A stretch of DNA of 63,252 nt, filler included, from Octopus bimaculoides (GCF_001194135.2; 8 parts of 7 records of this genome joined end to end with filler, not necessarily neighbours in it); one strand, 5' to 3'; shown: positions 1 to 13,329, counted from the whole stretch's first letter. The notes: a model not told the origin generated them from the sequence alone. Made by a program: numbers and translations.

Positions 1-49
<49 letters not shown>

Positions 50-3000
50 TAGATAGATAGATATATGTGTGTGTGTGTGTGTGTGTGTGTCCAAAAACAC
101 ACACATAACAATATTCATGAGATCAAATTTCATTGAAACAATTCAAAATAAATGTAATAAAAGGACTGCATTCTACTTGTTTGTAATTATATATGATGCA
201 ATGGTATATGCAACAATTTAGACAAAGAGGTCTTTTTTTTCTATACATCCTTTCTTTTTGACCAGTTAAACCAAACCAGTGATTTGCTTTATTTCGTTTT
301 AATAGTAATATACAAATGTAATCATGTAAACATGCCCAACTGAACGTGGGCATGAATTATTGGTAATTCAAGTATCTACAGCCAATGAATTTTATACAGA
401 ATTCTGATGAGTTGAGTTTGAGACCTCATGAATAAATTGTTGCATATATTATTGCATTATATAACAATACTCATGAGATTGAATTTCAATGAAACAATTG
501 TAAATAAAGTAATAAAAGGACTTGCACTCTCCATCCTTCTTGTTTTTAATTGTAGATACTTGCAGATACTTGTGGATTTTCAGACGTGTTTGATAAAGCA
601 AACAATCTCCAGATAACCATTTGTCTGATAGCCTGTAGCCATAGATGAGCTTAATGAGATAAACTCCAAGGTTAACATCCAAATGAAATTATTTTGTGTG
701 TGTTTGTGTGTACATGCATGAGTGTGTGTGTGTACATGCGTGTGTGTATGTGTGTGTAAGAAATATGTATGAGGGGCTTCTTTTAGTCTCTGTCTACCGA
801 ATCCACTCATAAGCTTAGAACATGAGAAATAGTAGAAGAGAGAGCTAGCATCTCCTCTTACATAGGTTAAATAAAGAGTTGAATCATTTCATAACACTAA
901 TAAGAAAGAAACCTATATGTCAGAACTCAGAGAATGCTATAAATTAATATCACAGCACAATGAAAATAATAAATCATTGGAGAGGTCATAAGTGGAGGTG
1001 AAAAAAAAATTGATGAAGAAATAGTCTTAACCTCTACTTTGTTTTTAACATTGTTCATTTTTGTGAGTATTTCTTCAACACATTTTGGCATGGTAGTCTG
1101 ATAAAGGACAAGGTTCTCCAGAGTTGATAGCCTGTAAAGAAAGAAAATAAATAAAACATGATAAATAGCTATAATAATAAAATAAACAACATATTACTCC
1201 CTACCCCACCTCACTCTCTCAGTTTCTGACATGAACCATCAAATACAGAGCAGCTAAGCAATGGTGAGTTGACCAACTTTTGGAAACTAGTGGCTCACTG
1301 CTCTATGCATGTACCTTGTTACCTTGGACATAGAAATGAAACACTTCCCCCATTCTTTGTTCGGAAAGTTAGCGATAATGAAGACATTAATACTTATAAT
1401 GTTGATAGAGATGCAGAGATGATGATGGTGGTGGTGGTTAAGGACATGACAATGAAATGATTCAGATGATTAGTTAAATAGATGAAGATATCTACTATGC
1501 TGTACAAGTTTGGTGGTCCAAAAACTTCACTTCAAACCCTATTGGAATAGTCTCACAGTTATATAATCTATCTGCCTATTCATATCTGTCTCTGATTTTA
1601 ACTGAAGTAGCTAAATTTATCATCCTTTGTTATTCCATAACATTAAAAATAAGGGGCCAACATTACAAGAAAAGTTTGGAAAAACATAAGCTAATAACAT
1701 TGCCATTCCACAATAAAACTAGATCATTTGTTTTCAAGTCCATAGGTTAGACAAATATATTATTGAGGCATTGTTTTACAGCTAGATGCTCTTCCTGTCA
1801 TTAACCGTTGCTGGTTTTTCAAGTAAGGTATTTCTTATTTCACAAGTGTTTGAAGGTGAAAAGCCAGTAGATTATTTGTTGATAGGAGAAAATGATATTT
1901 GCTTCACCAGTTGTAGCTCACAATTTTTCTGGTGACAAAAATGACAACTGACTGTAAAACAATGCCTTGATAATATACTCATCTAACCCATACTAGCATG
2001 GAAAACAAACATAAAATGAACAAAGAAATATATATATATGTATATATCCTAATCTCTCTCTCTATAACATTCTCTCTTTCTCAAACACATAAACATACAC
2101 ACAAATATATACACAGTTTCTTTCTTTAAGAAGAATCACTTCACACCGACTAATCCACTATAATAATAATCCTGAAATTATACCTTATTTGGAATTTGAT
2201 TTTGATGGCATTGAACAGGTTGTCAATGAAGTATGATAGTGACGGTCTTTGACTTTCTACCAAAACATTCTACATAGACTAGAAGCTGTACAAGAAATAA
2301 CAAATAATTGTTGATTGGCCTCAAGCATGTCCTAACCAATCAGACATGCCTTTTTTGCATATCAATGACTACGTTATCCAATATCTCTTTATTTTAAGGT
2401 GATAGGATGTCATTCGATGGATGTCTGGTTGTTGTATCTAGCATATCAAGCAGCCATGTACAGGTGCTCTCATTAACTTGAGAAGATGTGAAAAGATATA
2501 ACGAATCTATTTCAAGTATTTGAGTAAAGAGAGGAAGTTGAACAGATGATACTGTTTAGCCCTAGGTTGTCCTCAGTTGAGCAGACCTAAGAACAAAAGT
2601 ATTCTAGCCATGATCATCCCCTGTCTCTATTCAACTCTTAACTACCTGATTGACACAGTACCACATAGGACTGCACCAGTCAGTCAGTCCTGAAATGCAC
2701 TATATCACAAAAATCATACAAACTTTGCTTACATTCATTTTGAAGGAAATGAGGAACTATTTAATGTAAATGAAATAATATTCTAACCCCTTTCTCTATT
2801 GTTCATTTCTGTTCTGTAGTAGGATAATTACAACAGTGGGCTCTTGATTTCAAAAAATTTCTGAAAACGTTAAGACTTAAAGTATAATAAATCCTGAATG
2901 AACATGCTCTCTTTCTATTTTTTTTTTTTAAAGATGACAGGGAAGTTTGACTGTTATTTCTAGCAGATTAGGCAAAGATCAACAGAATGATTTTAATTAC

Positions 3001-4759
3001 AATAAATCTGGAGATTGATAGTAATTAATAAAAAATTTCTAGTAAAAATCATTTCTCACTGTTTGTAGCATGAGTTACTCCATCTTGATTTTACATAAAA
3101 TATAATGATGTCTGGATCTTCCCCATAAAGAAGAAAACTATACTGAGATTAATCTTTATAAAAGATTTTCAATGTGTGTGTGTGTGTGTGTGTGTGTGCA
3201 CACGTGATGTAAATATGCATTTTCCATTTCTTCAAAATGATAAATAGCATTAATCTATAACATGATGGAAATGTCTTATACAACAAAGATTGCATTATAA
3301 TGAGTTCATGTACTCTAGTTTTCTATCTCTCTAACCACAAAAGTAAAAAGTCAATGTAATAGAATGTAGAAAACAAATTATGCAAACCTTTTCTCTATGT
3401 TTTCCCACTGACGTTTGGTATGTTCAGGTATTTCATCTGAAAATAAAAACAAAAATAGATGAATAAATAAACAAGTAAAGAGCAATTTTCAAAAGCATTT
3501 CAACAAAGAATTAATGTGAAGAAAACATTTTCAGGAAACAAAACAAAAACAAACCTCAGACTTAGAAGATAAAAAATAAATCAATAAATTCTGTCAATAA
3601 AATAAAATAAAATAAACAGTTTATTAGTTTCCATGACACCTACTAAAATTCACTTTCAGATATAAGAAAACAAAAATAGTACAAAATATTTGTAAAAGAA
3701 GTTTCTTTAAAAGCAAAATGTCTTAGTGCAATTATTTGCAAATGACAAGGTCTGGTTTACTACAGGAAGAACATACTTATCAATGAAGGAATTTGTTCTT
3801 CACCATACACAACAATTTAGCTGCTCTAGGATCTGAAGCATTTGCCATTCTAATTAGTCAATATTAGATAATTTCTTCACTTCTTATTCTAACTACATAC
3901 CATTCCCCTACTAAGACTACTAAGCTTTTTGATCTCTTCGTCACTGCCAAACCAATCTTTTGCTCATGTGTCACAACTTATCCATCTAAAAGGCCTTCTA
4001 ATCATTGTATCTTGTTCTAAGCACATTCCAAATTTCATTAAAATTGGAACCAACATGAGAGCATCTCCATAGTCACTTGACCTGCTGAAAATAACAATCA
4101 AATTTTTAAAAAAGAACACACTGGATATTGTATTTTCCAGCATACAAGTCATGTTTTTCAGACCAAAATTTACAGCCAGAAAAGGCAAGTCAAAGAAAAA
4201 TCTCTGTGAGAATGGGTATTAAGGAAAAAGAGGGTCAACTAATACAAGTACCGACTTAAACATTGACTTTTTGTTTGAAAAATCTACCTCAGCTTATATA
4301 GTATGTCAATTTGTATACTGGAAAATACAGTGATTCAGGGCTAAATGTAATTTATAAGAAGACCAGATGTTCACAGCTGGAGCACTTTTAACCATTGGTC
4401 TGCTCAATCAGGGCTGATTTTTAAATATCAAAATTCTATACATTCCTTATAATAGTCACCAGCGCCATATCCTTTTTGATCATTAAGACATCAGTCAATT
4501 CCATTCTAACAAACCATGAAAAAAAAGTCATGTTTAAGATTTGAGTATTATAAGACAGCAAACTAAGTAACAAAGAAAATTTCTCTGAGTTGTATCACTC
4601 CTCTATATCTCCAAACATAGATCAGGTAAAATAATGTTGTGTTACAGCCAAACAACCAAAAATACAGCTTCTGGTACCTGGAAAAATTTATTTATTATCA
4701 ACTGAGAAGCATTCATCAATAGATGAAACTTCCAGAAAATGACTGTCAAATGTGTAAAC

Positions 4760-6977
4760 CAGTGTCTGCCAAACTTTTTTACTGTACAACACACTGGGTG
4801 AGGAGAATTTATTTTGCGGCACACCAAATAAAAATCCCAACAAAATTGAATATATTTTATTAGTATGAATAAAAATAGATTCTTATAGTAAAAATAAAAT
4901 AACATTGTTTTATGAACATATATATAGGTAATATAATACAATAATAATGTTTTTAGTGAGAAGGATGCAAGTGATTTTGAGAAAGAATTTTGTCAAAACG
5001 CAGATTTAAATTAGATAAACAAATACGCAACTCCTCATCTGCCATTTTTTTTACTTCATTTCCATAAGTGCAAGGATACTCAATTTGCAAAGATATGATG
5101 ATCTAAAGGGCAACAGAGATTTTATGACTGTAGTAGCTAATCGAGGGTATTGGCTCCAAAGTGAAATCCAAAATTCTGACAATTCTAGCACAGAAAATGA
5201 GGCTTTGTGCACAGGATTGTTTTTCAAGTCTATAAAATTTTCTTCTTCTATTAATGTTAATCAAGTGATGGAAAATACTTAGAAAATGATACAGAAATGT
5301 CTTCTACTGTTTTCTACACTTTTAACAAAATTTTAAATTTGTTTGGAAAAGCCTCTACGCTTGGGAAGCAATCAAGCTGCGTGTTTTTAACTTTCCTTAT
5401 CCACAGTTCTAACTTGTTGGTGAAAGACTTTAATTTGCCTGTAACTGTAATAATATTTTCGTTCGCTCCTTGCAGACTCTAATTTAAAACGTTCAACTTC
5501 TCAAAAAGATCATTGAGAAATGCTACTTCCAGCCACCAATTATCATCGTTAAGAAATTCAAATCCAGAATTGTCAGCATCAAAGAAACATATTATTTCAG
5601 TTCGCAAAGAAATAAATCGAGTGAACACTTTTCCTTTCGTGAGCCATCGCACTTCTGTATGAAGTAGTATAAACACTTAAAATCAGAATCCATAATTTCA
5701 CATAGGGATGCAAAAAGTTTGCACCGTAGGGAATGCGATTTTATGTAATTTACCACTTTAATAATGTTGTCTGTCATCTTCAGGAAACCATCAGGTAGAA
5801 ATTTAGACACCAAAACATTGTGGTGAATCATGCAATGTACAATTTTAACTTGTGAATGGTTTTGTAATACATGAGCCACGAAGCCTTTCTTTTGACCCTG
5901 CATGGATGGAGTATCATCAGTTCAAATGCCAATACAAATTTGCCACTGCATCCCTCTCAATACGACATTTTGGTTTACCAGGTTAAAGATATCTTCTGTC
6001 ATTCTTTCCTTCAATTCACAACAAAAGAAAAACTGACTTATGATTTGCAGAAATGAAATTAGTTGAGCTTTGTTGCTGATGTCTGTACTTTCATCAATTT
6101 GAGTTCATTTTTTGCTTCAATGAAATGTTTGCGGAGCTGAATTTTACAAGAAATCATGTGGGCAGACAAAGGAATGGTCTTAGTTTGTTTGACAGCTTCA
6201 TCACTAATCATTGTGTCAATGGCAATTTCCAAGGCTGGTAAATTAAGGTTTTCAGCATCAGAATGTGTTTTTTTCTTTCTTTGTCAAAAGCTGGGCAATC
6301 TTGTAACTAGTGATTTGAGCTTTCTCAGGAATTGAGTAAAATTTCTTCAGCCTTTTTGATTGAATTTTAAAATTATTTTTTAATCTCTCAAAGTATTTTT
6401 TTGGTTTGTCCTTATATAGTGGATGATTTGTTATTAAATGACGTTGAAGTTTACTGGGAACCATCTCTTTATTTGACAGTGTTGTAAAACAAATCATACA
6501 AAAAGGAACTGAGTTGTCTTTTTCTGATAATATAAAACCATATTGGATGTAATTTTCATTATATTTTCATTTTGATGAGGTGAAATTTTTATTCTGGTGT
6601 TTGTCTTGTTTGCTATGACTCTCTTTCTTATTTTTCTGGGGTCTCAATAAAAATTTGTCCATGTTTAAATCTAAAACTAAAAATCGATTAAAATTAACAA
6701 AATAATTTATGTAAATTATAAATAAATCAAAAATTTTATACTATTAGGACTACTAAACAATTTACTTATAGACAATCCCAGTTTAAATGCAGAAATGTAA
6801 TATATTGTAGCAAAACTGCTGTTTGTCATGTAATTAATTTATATTTACCCTATTTTATGATTTATATTTACACTTGAAATTTGCTAATTTTCTTGGATTG
6901 TTGTTTCCCGAAAATCCCGAAAACATTTTTCACAGCACTCCAGGAATCTCTCTCAGCACACAGTTTGGCAGACACTG
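4760..6977 (-). mobile_element. Full-length decayed hAT transposon, Buster/Charlie type
   Basis: Perfect 16-bp TIRs CAGTGTCTGCCAAACT (4760-4775 and 6962-6977). Flanks GTGTAAAC / GTGTAAAT form an 8-bp TSD with central TA. Contains a transposase remnant. Confidence 0.93.
4950..6662 (-). pseudogene. Buster-type hAT transposase pseudogene (ZBED5/SCAND3-like family)
   Basis: Motifs in order: MDKFL..., KYNENYIQYGF, BED-like CMICFTTLSNKEMVPSKLQRHL, DESTD, HCMIH, HTEVRWL.KGKV, LPF.SSYLC. Broken by stops and frameshifts. The 3' boundary is approximate. Confidence 0.88.
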
Positions 6978-7789
6978 GTGTAAATGATAAACTTGTACAA
7001 CTGAAAACTTGTAGGAGCTCACATCTTCCTACCTGTGGCTTAAATGCAAACAAAAGGTTTGGTTTCCTCTTTGATATCAGCAATGATTAGTTGCTAGATT
7101 TATTATAAATCACAACTGAAACCCATAATTGGCTACTTTTTGTATATTTGGGCTGCTGCTACCTACACTAATGTCCAAAACAGACCATCTGTCGGATTAG
7201 TAAAAATTTCCTCTCCAACATACTGCATCGCGTAGCTACAGACATTGTTTAATTTCCTTGTGACTTCTATCACTATTTCAACAGCTTCGGTTTACTCTCA
7301 ACTAACAAGCTGTGTATACCTAAGCAACTAACTACAATAAACTGATTATTATATAGGCTTACTAGTTATATCTGAGATAGTACACATACTGTGAATATTC
7401 ATATTGAGAATTGTATCTTCAAAAATCAAACTTCAGTCACTTACAATCCACCAGTGTTCTCATTCTCATTGATTTTATAATTCCATTCTGTTCCTCTGAA
7501 TGCGTTGAGTGTATATAGTTTCTACCTAAATCTGTTGACTAACTGCAGCAATCTTTCCTTCTTCCACCATCTCATTGAATACTAACCTCTCCAAAGTCCC
7601 TGTTAAACACTTTATAAAATCCTTAAAACTGCAACCCTCTGCAACTCTCTTCCTCCTTTCACTGTTTTTATAATTCCTGATGTCAAGTTAGCAATGGATT
7701 TTTCAGATACAGTTTTAATGGGAAGCTGACACTAAAATTTAATTCAACAGAACCAAAGGATATTTAATTTTCTAGAAACGATATTTAGC

Positions 7790-9890
7790 CTTTAGCCAGG
7801 CAAAGCCTCCAGCCCATCAGGAATCACTGCTGAGATGCTTAAAACATCTGATGGTGTGGGCTATAGCCCAGTCACTCACATTGCAAACCAGGTAGTTCAT
7901 GCTGGAATCATATCCCATGACTGGCGTAGCAGCACCAGAGTCAACTGCTACAAAGGTAAAGGTGATGCTTGAGATAGAAATAACTACAAGGGTATCAAAC
8001 TGCTGGATCACAGAAGAGGTCATAGCCTATCTCATTAGGGAGAGAATCTGCTAAGATGAGATGCCGTTTGGTTTTGTGCCAGGTAGAAGCACTACTGATG
8101 CTATATTCCTGGTTCGACAGCTGCAGGAGAAATACCTAGCTATAGATAAACCCCTATACTTAGCTTTCGTGGACTTGGAGGAAGCCTTTGACAGGGTCCC
8201 CTGATCCCTTATCTGGTGAGCGATGCGGAAACTGGAGATTGACGAATAGTTAATAAGGGCTGTACACGCCCTATACAGAGAGGCTGTTAGTAAGATTAGG
8301 ATTGGCAATGAGTATAGTGAAGAATTCTGGGTAGAGGTAAGGGTCCACCAAGGTTCAGCCCTCAGTCCCCTTTTATTCATTATAGTCCTCCAGGCAATAA
8401 CAGAGGAATTCAAGATGGGTTGCCCCTGGGAGCTCCTCTATGCTGATGACCTGACCCTCATAGCAGAATCACTAGAAAAGAAATTTTGGGTGTGGAAGCA
8501 AGGTTTAGAATCAAAAGGCCTTAGAGTCAATGTAGCAAAGACCAAAGATCTAGTAAGTAGGAAGGCGAACTCATCACACACCCACTCAGGTAGGTGGCCC
8601 TGCTTGATCTGTAGAAAAGGTGTAGGTAGAAACTCCATAAGATGTACCCAGTGTAAGCTATGGACAAGCAACATCAAAGGAAGATTAACCAAGAAGATAG
8701 CTTTCATGTGCGGCAGATGCATAGGTGCAATAAACACCACAGATGCTCAGAAAAAAGATTCCATCACACTCCAGGCGAAGAAACTAGAAGTAGTTGATAG
8801 CTTCCGCTACCTAGGTGACCAAGTTAGTAGTGGAGGGGATGCTCAGAGAGTGCTACCACTACAATAAGAATGGCCTGGGCAATGTTTAGAAAGCTTCTAC
8901 CCCTGCTGGTGACAAAGGGCCTCTCGCTCAGAGTGAAAGGTAGATTGTACGATGCATGTGTGCAAACTGTCATGCTTCAGGGCAGTGAAACATGGGCCGT
9001 GACTGTAGAAGACATGCGTAGGTTCGAAAGAAATGAATCTAGCATGATCCGCTAGATGTGTAATGTCAGTGTGCACACACGACAGAGTGTAAGTGTCCTG
9101 AGAGAAATGTTGGACATAAGAAGCATTGGATGTGGCATGCAAGAGAGATGTTTGCGCTGGTATGGTCATGTACTATGGATGGATGAGGAGAGCTGTGTGA
9201 AGAAGTGACACTCCCAAACAGTTGAAGGAATCCGGGGTTGAGGTAGACCCAGGAAGACATAGGATGAAGTAGTGAAGCATGACCTTTGAACGTTAGGCCT
9301 CACAGAGGCAATGATGAAAGTCCAAAACCTCTGGAGATATGTTGTGGCTACGAAGACCCAACAAATAAAGTGAGTTTATGGCTGTATCCTACACCAGTTT
9401 CACATAACCAGCCCCAGCCCCAGCCCATTCAAAAGTATCTTGGATCGTAGGACAACCTGCTGTGCTTACCTTGGATTGTAGGGCAACCTGCTGTGCTTGA
9501 GGAGACCTATTGAGTCAAGTACATCAACATCAAAATGAAAATCAAATGGAAATTGTAGTTGTGATACCTGTGCTGGTGGCACGTAAAAAGCACCATCCGA
9601 ACGTGGCTGATGCCAGTGCCGCTTTGACTGGCTTCCATGCCAGTGGCACGTAAAATGCACCAACTGATCGTGGCCATTGCCAGCTTCCTCTGGCCCCTGT
9701 GCCGGTGGCACGAAAAAAGCACCCACTACACTCATGGAGTGGTTGGCATTAGGAAGGGCATCCAACTGTAGAAACACTGCCAGCTCAGACTGGAGGTTGG
9801 TGCAGCCTCCTGGCTTCCCAGACCCCGGTCGAACTGTCCAACCCATGCTAGCATGGAAAACAGACGTTAAACGATGATGATGATGATGAT
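7790..9890 (+). mobile_element. 5'-truncated RTE-clade LINE (RT, PHD-like Cys cluster, 3' UTR ending in (GAT)n)
   Basis: Fragments GITAEMLK, AFVDLEEAFDRV, GSALSPLLFI and LLYADDL across broken frames. The 3' UTR has repeated GCACGTAAAAAGCACC motifs and an ATG/GAT tail at about 9872-9890. Confidence 0.9.
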
Positions 9891-10917
9891 GTATTATTAT
9901 ATCTCTAGTAAATTGAGATTTTTCTTCTTAACATTCAGAGTACAAATCTTGCTGGTTTCAACTGTGTCTTTCATCCCTCCAGAGTCACTAAATCAAGTGC
10001 CAAGTAAATGCTGGGCTCAGTTCAATTTGTTATATTGGTCCTTCATATGTGTAGTCTTTGTGTGTGTAGTCACATTTTAGGAGTCAGTTAAAATATAATG
10101 TTCCAGTTGTTGCACTGACAACTTTCACTTGGTTTTATGACCCTAACTTCTCGTATCCACGGCCTATTTTTTTTTCTGTCAGTAGAAATTAGTGCATCAG
10201 GAAACAAATTCAAAATATAATAGAGAATTTGAAATTAAATTAAATCAGTTTCCCAATTAAATCAACAAACTTCATTACTTTGAGTAGAACACACTGATAA
10301 AACAATTAACCTTATCTGGCATGTTATGTATAATTTACTACAGGTTTCTATAACTAAATGTCTTACTACTTTCCGAAACTAAATCTTATATTTTTATATG
10401 TTTCCATTTTTACTTCATTTACTTTCCATCATAAGATTTCTTATTGAAATTGTTTTATCTTTATGATTTTATTCTAAAGCATGGATGCTACAACTTCTTG
10501 ATGCTATTCTCTGAGATAAAACAGTATTGTCTGTAGATATTATATGCTGGTTGGTTGAGATAGTTGATATTTTTCACTGGTAATGTCATCTTATTCTAGA
10601 ATTAGAATTAAAAAGAAAAAAAAAATTGTTTTCAGCATTATACAGCTTCACTCAAGTTAAATAAAGATATTGTTTCTAATGAAATGACACAAGCTAATTG
10701 AAGTTGATGGATTAACAGAATCGTCAGAGCATTGAAAAAATGTCTTGTGATATTTTTTTGACTTCTTAGCATGTTGAACTAAAATAACGTCAAGGTTAAC
10801 TTTGCAGATATAAATAAAGTTCCAATCAAATATTGGGGATTGATATAATTGGCCATTCTGTTTCTTACAAATTTATATCTATATCAGAAACCACATAAAA
10901 ATATATGACACAAACAT

Positions 10918-11348
10918 AGGCACAGGCATGGTTGTGTGGTAAGAAGGTTGCTTCCCAACCACATTGTTCCAGGTTCAGTCCCACTGCATGGTACCTTGGG
11001 CAAGTGTCTTCTACTATAGCCTTGGGCTAACCAAAGCCTTGTGAGTGGAATTGGTAGACAGTAACTGAAAGAAGCCCATTATATGTATATGTGTGTATAT
11101 ATATATATACATGTATGTATATATTTGTGTATATATCACTTGATATATATGTATGTATATATCACTTGACAACTGATGTTGGGGGTTTTACGTCCTTGTA
11201 ACTTAGCGGTCCATCAAAAGTGCTGATAGAAAAAGTACTGGACTTATGAAGAATAAGTCCTGGGGTTGATTTGTTCGACTAAAACCTCTTAAGGTGGTGC
11301 TCCAACATGGCTGAAGTCAAATGACTGAAACAAGAAAAAGAATAAAAG
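10918..11348 (+). mobile_element. tRNA-type SINE family A (near full length)
   Basis: Head with A/B-box-like gtgtggtaag...ggttcagtccc, central (TA/TG)n, and tail ggtggtgctccaacatggctgaagtcaaatgactgaaac plus an A-rich end. Confidence 0.85.
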
Positions 11349-11659
11349 AAACTATTTAAAAGACCCTAGAAGTGAAATTTTGCAAGGGGAAATTAATGTT
11401 GAAATCTGTTGGTTGGACACTCCATCTTTGTCCTTGGGTGACAGACTCAATCTATTGCCTGGTTTTAATACCACATTTGGTACCTTGAGTACTTTCAGTG
11501 GAGTCCACTCTATTGTTAGCATTCAGTCTAGATTTGATTTGATGATAACTTCCTAGATTCCTCTTTTCTTCCTGCCAATCTCAGCAGCTCTGAAAATAAT
11601 TATGGGCACTGCCCTTACTCACCCTAAGCAAAAGAGAAAGAACTATAATTTATAAACCT

Positions 11660-11940
11660 ATAACATGTTTTCCCTAAAATTTTGTCTAATAACACTTTGG
11701 AAATATATTTCACATATCCAACATGTTCCTATGGCTACATTGTATAATAAAACTTCAGAAATATATTTTATACCTACATGTTCCCATCACTATATTGCTT
11801 AATAACACTAAGAAATATATTTTATATCTCCAACAAGTTTCTATGACTACATTGTCTAATAACGCTCCAGGACTATATTTTACATCTACATGTTATCTAA
11901 TAAATCCCAATGACAAAATTTTATATTTACATATTTCCTT
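11660..11940. repeat. Degenerate tandem repeat of about 57-60 bp (4-5 units)
   Basis: Recurring acatgtt...acattgtctaataacac...gaaatatatttta. Confidence 0.65.
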
Positions 11941-12222
11941 TTGTATGTTTTCTGATCAAGATTCCAAGATCATTCAACTCTCACCCCTCACCCATACACT
12001 GCCCATATACACATATTTCAAGGCAAGGACTGAAGCCACAAACCTTGATATTAATGCACAGACCTTGAATGATCTCAAACTAAAGCATCCAATCTGCAAT
12101 GTTAATATCAATTATCCTAACATTCCTTAAGAACAGAGTATCATGTAACATTAATGCTTTCCATAGATCAGAGAAGATGGGTGAGATAAAAAATTATTGG
12201 GCTAAATGTATCATAAATTTAT

Positions 12223-12437
12223 TTCTGTAAATAATAATACTATTTTATAAGCTTAAAGCTTATAAGTGAGCACCGTATATTGACTAAAGAAAATAGTTTA
12301 AATATTGCAGCATATAATCCTCGATGGAAAAAAGTGGGCTATCCGTATGCCCCAATATTAAGACTATTTTCTTTAGTCAATACACAGTGAATGTTTATAA
12401 GCTTTAAGCTTATAAAATATTATTATTATTTACAGAA
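12223..12437. mobile_element. AT-rich MITE with about 85-bp TIRs
   Basis: ttctgtaaataataata...ttgactaaagaaaatagt (left) is inverted with actattttctttagtcaa...attattatttacagaa (right). Confidence 0.75.
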
Positions 12438-12655
12438 CTGAAGATGGCAAGCTGGCAGAATCGTAAGCACACTGGGTGAAATGCTTAGTGGTATTTTGGC
12501 CATTGCTACGTTCTGAGTTCAGATTCCGTCGAGGTCAACTTTGCTTTCCATCCTTTCAGGGTTGATAAATTAAGTACCAGTGAAACATTGGGGGTTGATG
12601 AAATTGACTAGTCCACTGCCTGCAAATTTCAGGCCTTGTGCCTTTAGTAGAAAGG
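12438..12655 (+). mobile_element. SINE family B copy with 13-bp TSD
   Basis: ATTATTTACAGAA at 12425-12437 and 12656-12668. Confidence 0.85.
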
Positions 12656-13329
12656 ATTATTTACAGAATTGTCACTTGTCACCGCTTCTCAATTCATCAC
12701 AGAAAATGCATATGCTTGTTCGTTTAGAAAACAACACTATGGAATTATAGTTCTTAAATCTAACGAAAGAAGTGATTGGGTATGTTGGTGTCATGGTAGC
12801 ACACTTATCATGAATATACAGAGGTGTGGGTTTGTGTCCCATGCATATGGAAAATCCACTTTTTTTTTCTATTGAGGGCTTATATGCCCCAATATTAGAC
12901 TATTTTCTTTAATCAATACACAGTGATCACTTATAAGCATCACACTTATAAAATATCATTATCATTATTACAGAATTGTCACTTGTCACTGCTTCACAAT
13001 TCATTGCAGAAACTTTATTTATTTAACACTGCAATAGCTTGTGTAACTGGATCAGTGATTGGGCTACTGGAAGGCTGTAGCCTTCCAGTAGCCCAATCAC
13101 TGATTTATGGCATTTCTGATGGTGAGTATGACAAGTGAGTGTCAATAATTCAGTGAAGAACAAATATCTCAAGAGATTTAACTTAAAGAACATTAGTTTT
13201 TTTTTCAGTTTTCTTGCCAATATTTACATTCTTCACCAATATAGAAAAGACAAAGCAAGATATATAAATATATATACACACACACAAACACACATATACA
13301 TACATGCATACACACAGGCATACATATAC

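Noticed and set aside
1223-1263. Exon-like segment ending at a strong GTGAGT donor
   Set aside because: All three frames from the best acceptor contain stops; there is no supporting neighbour exon.
8051-8740. Minus-strand ORFs of 100-120 aa over the RTE element (and similar antisense ORFs over the coiled-coil exons)
   Set aside because: Antisense shadows of coding sequence on the opposite strand.
10918-10990. tRNA-like sequences at SINE heads (also about 49065 and 50900)
   Set aside because: They lack a full cloverleaf and continue into SINE bodies present in many copies, so they are not tRNA genes.
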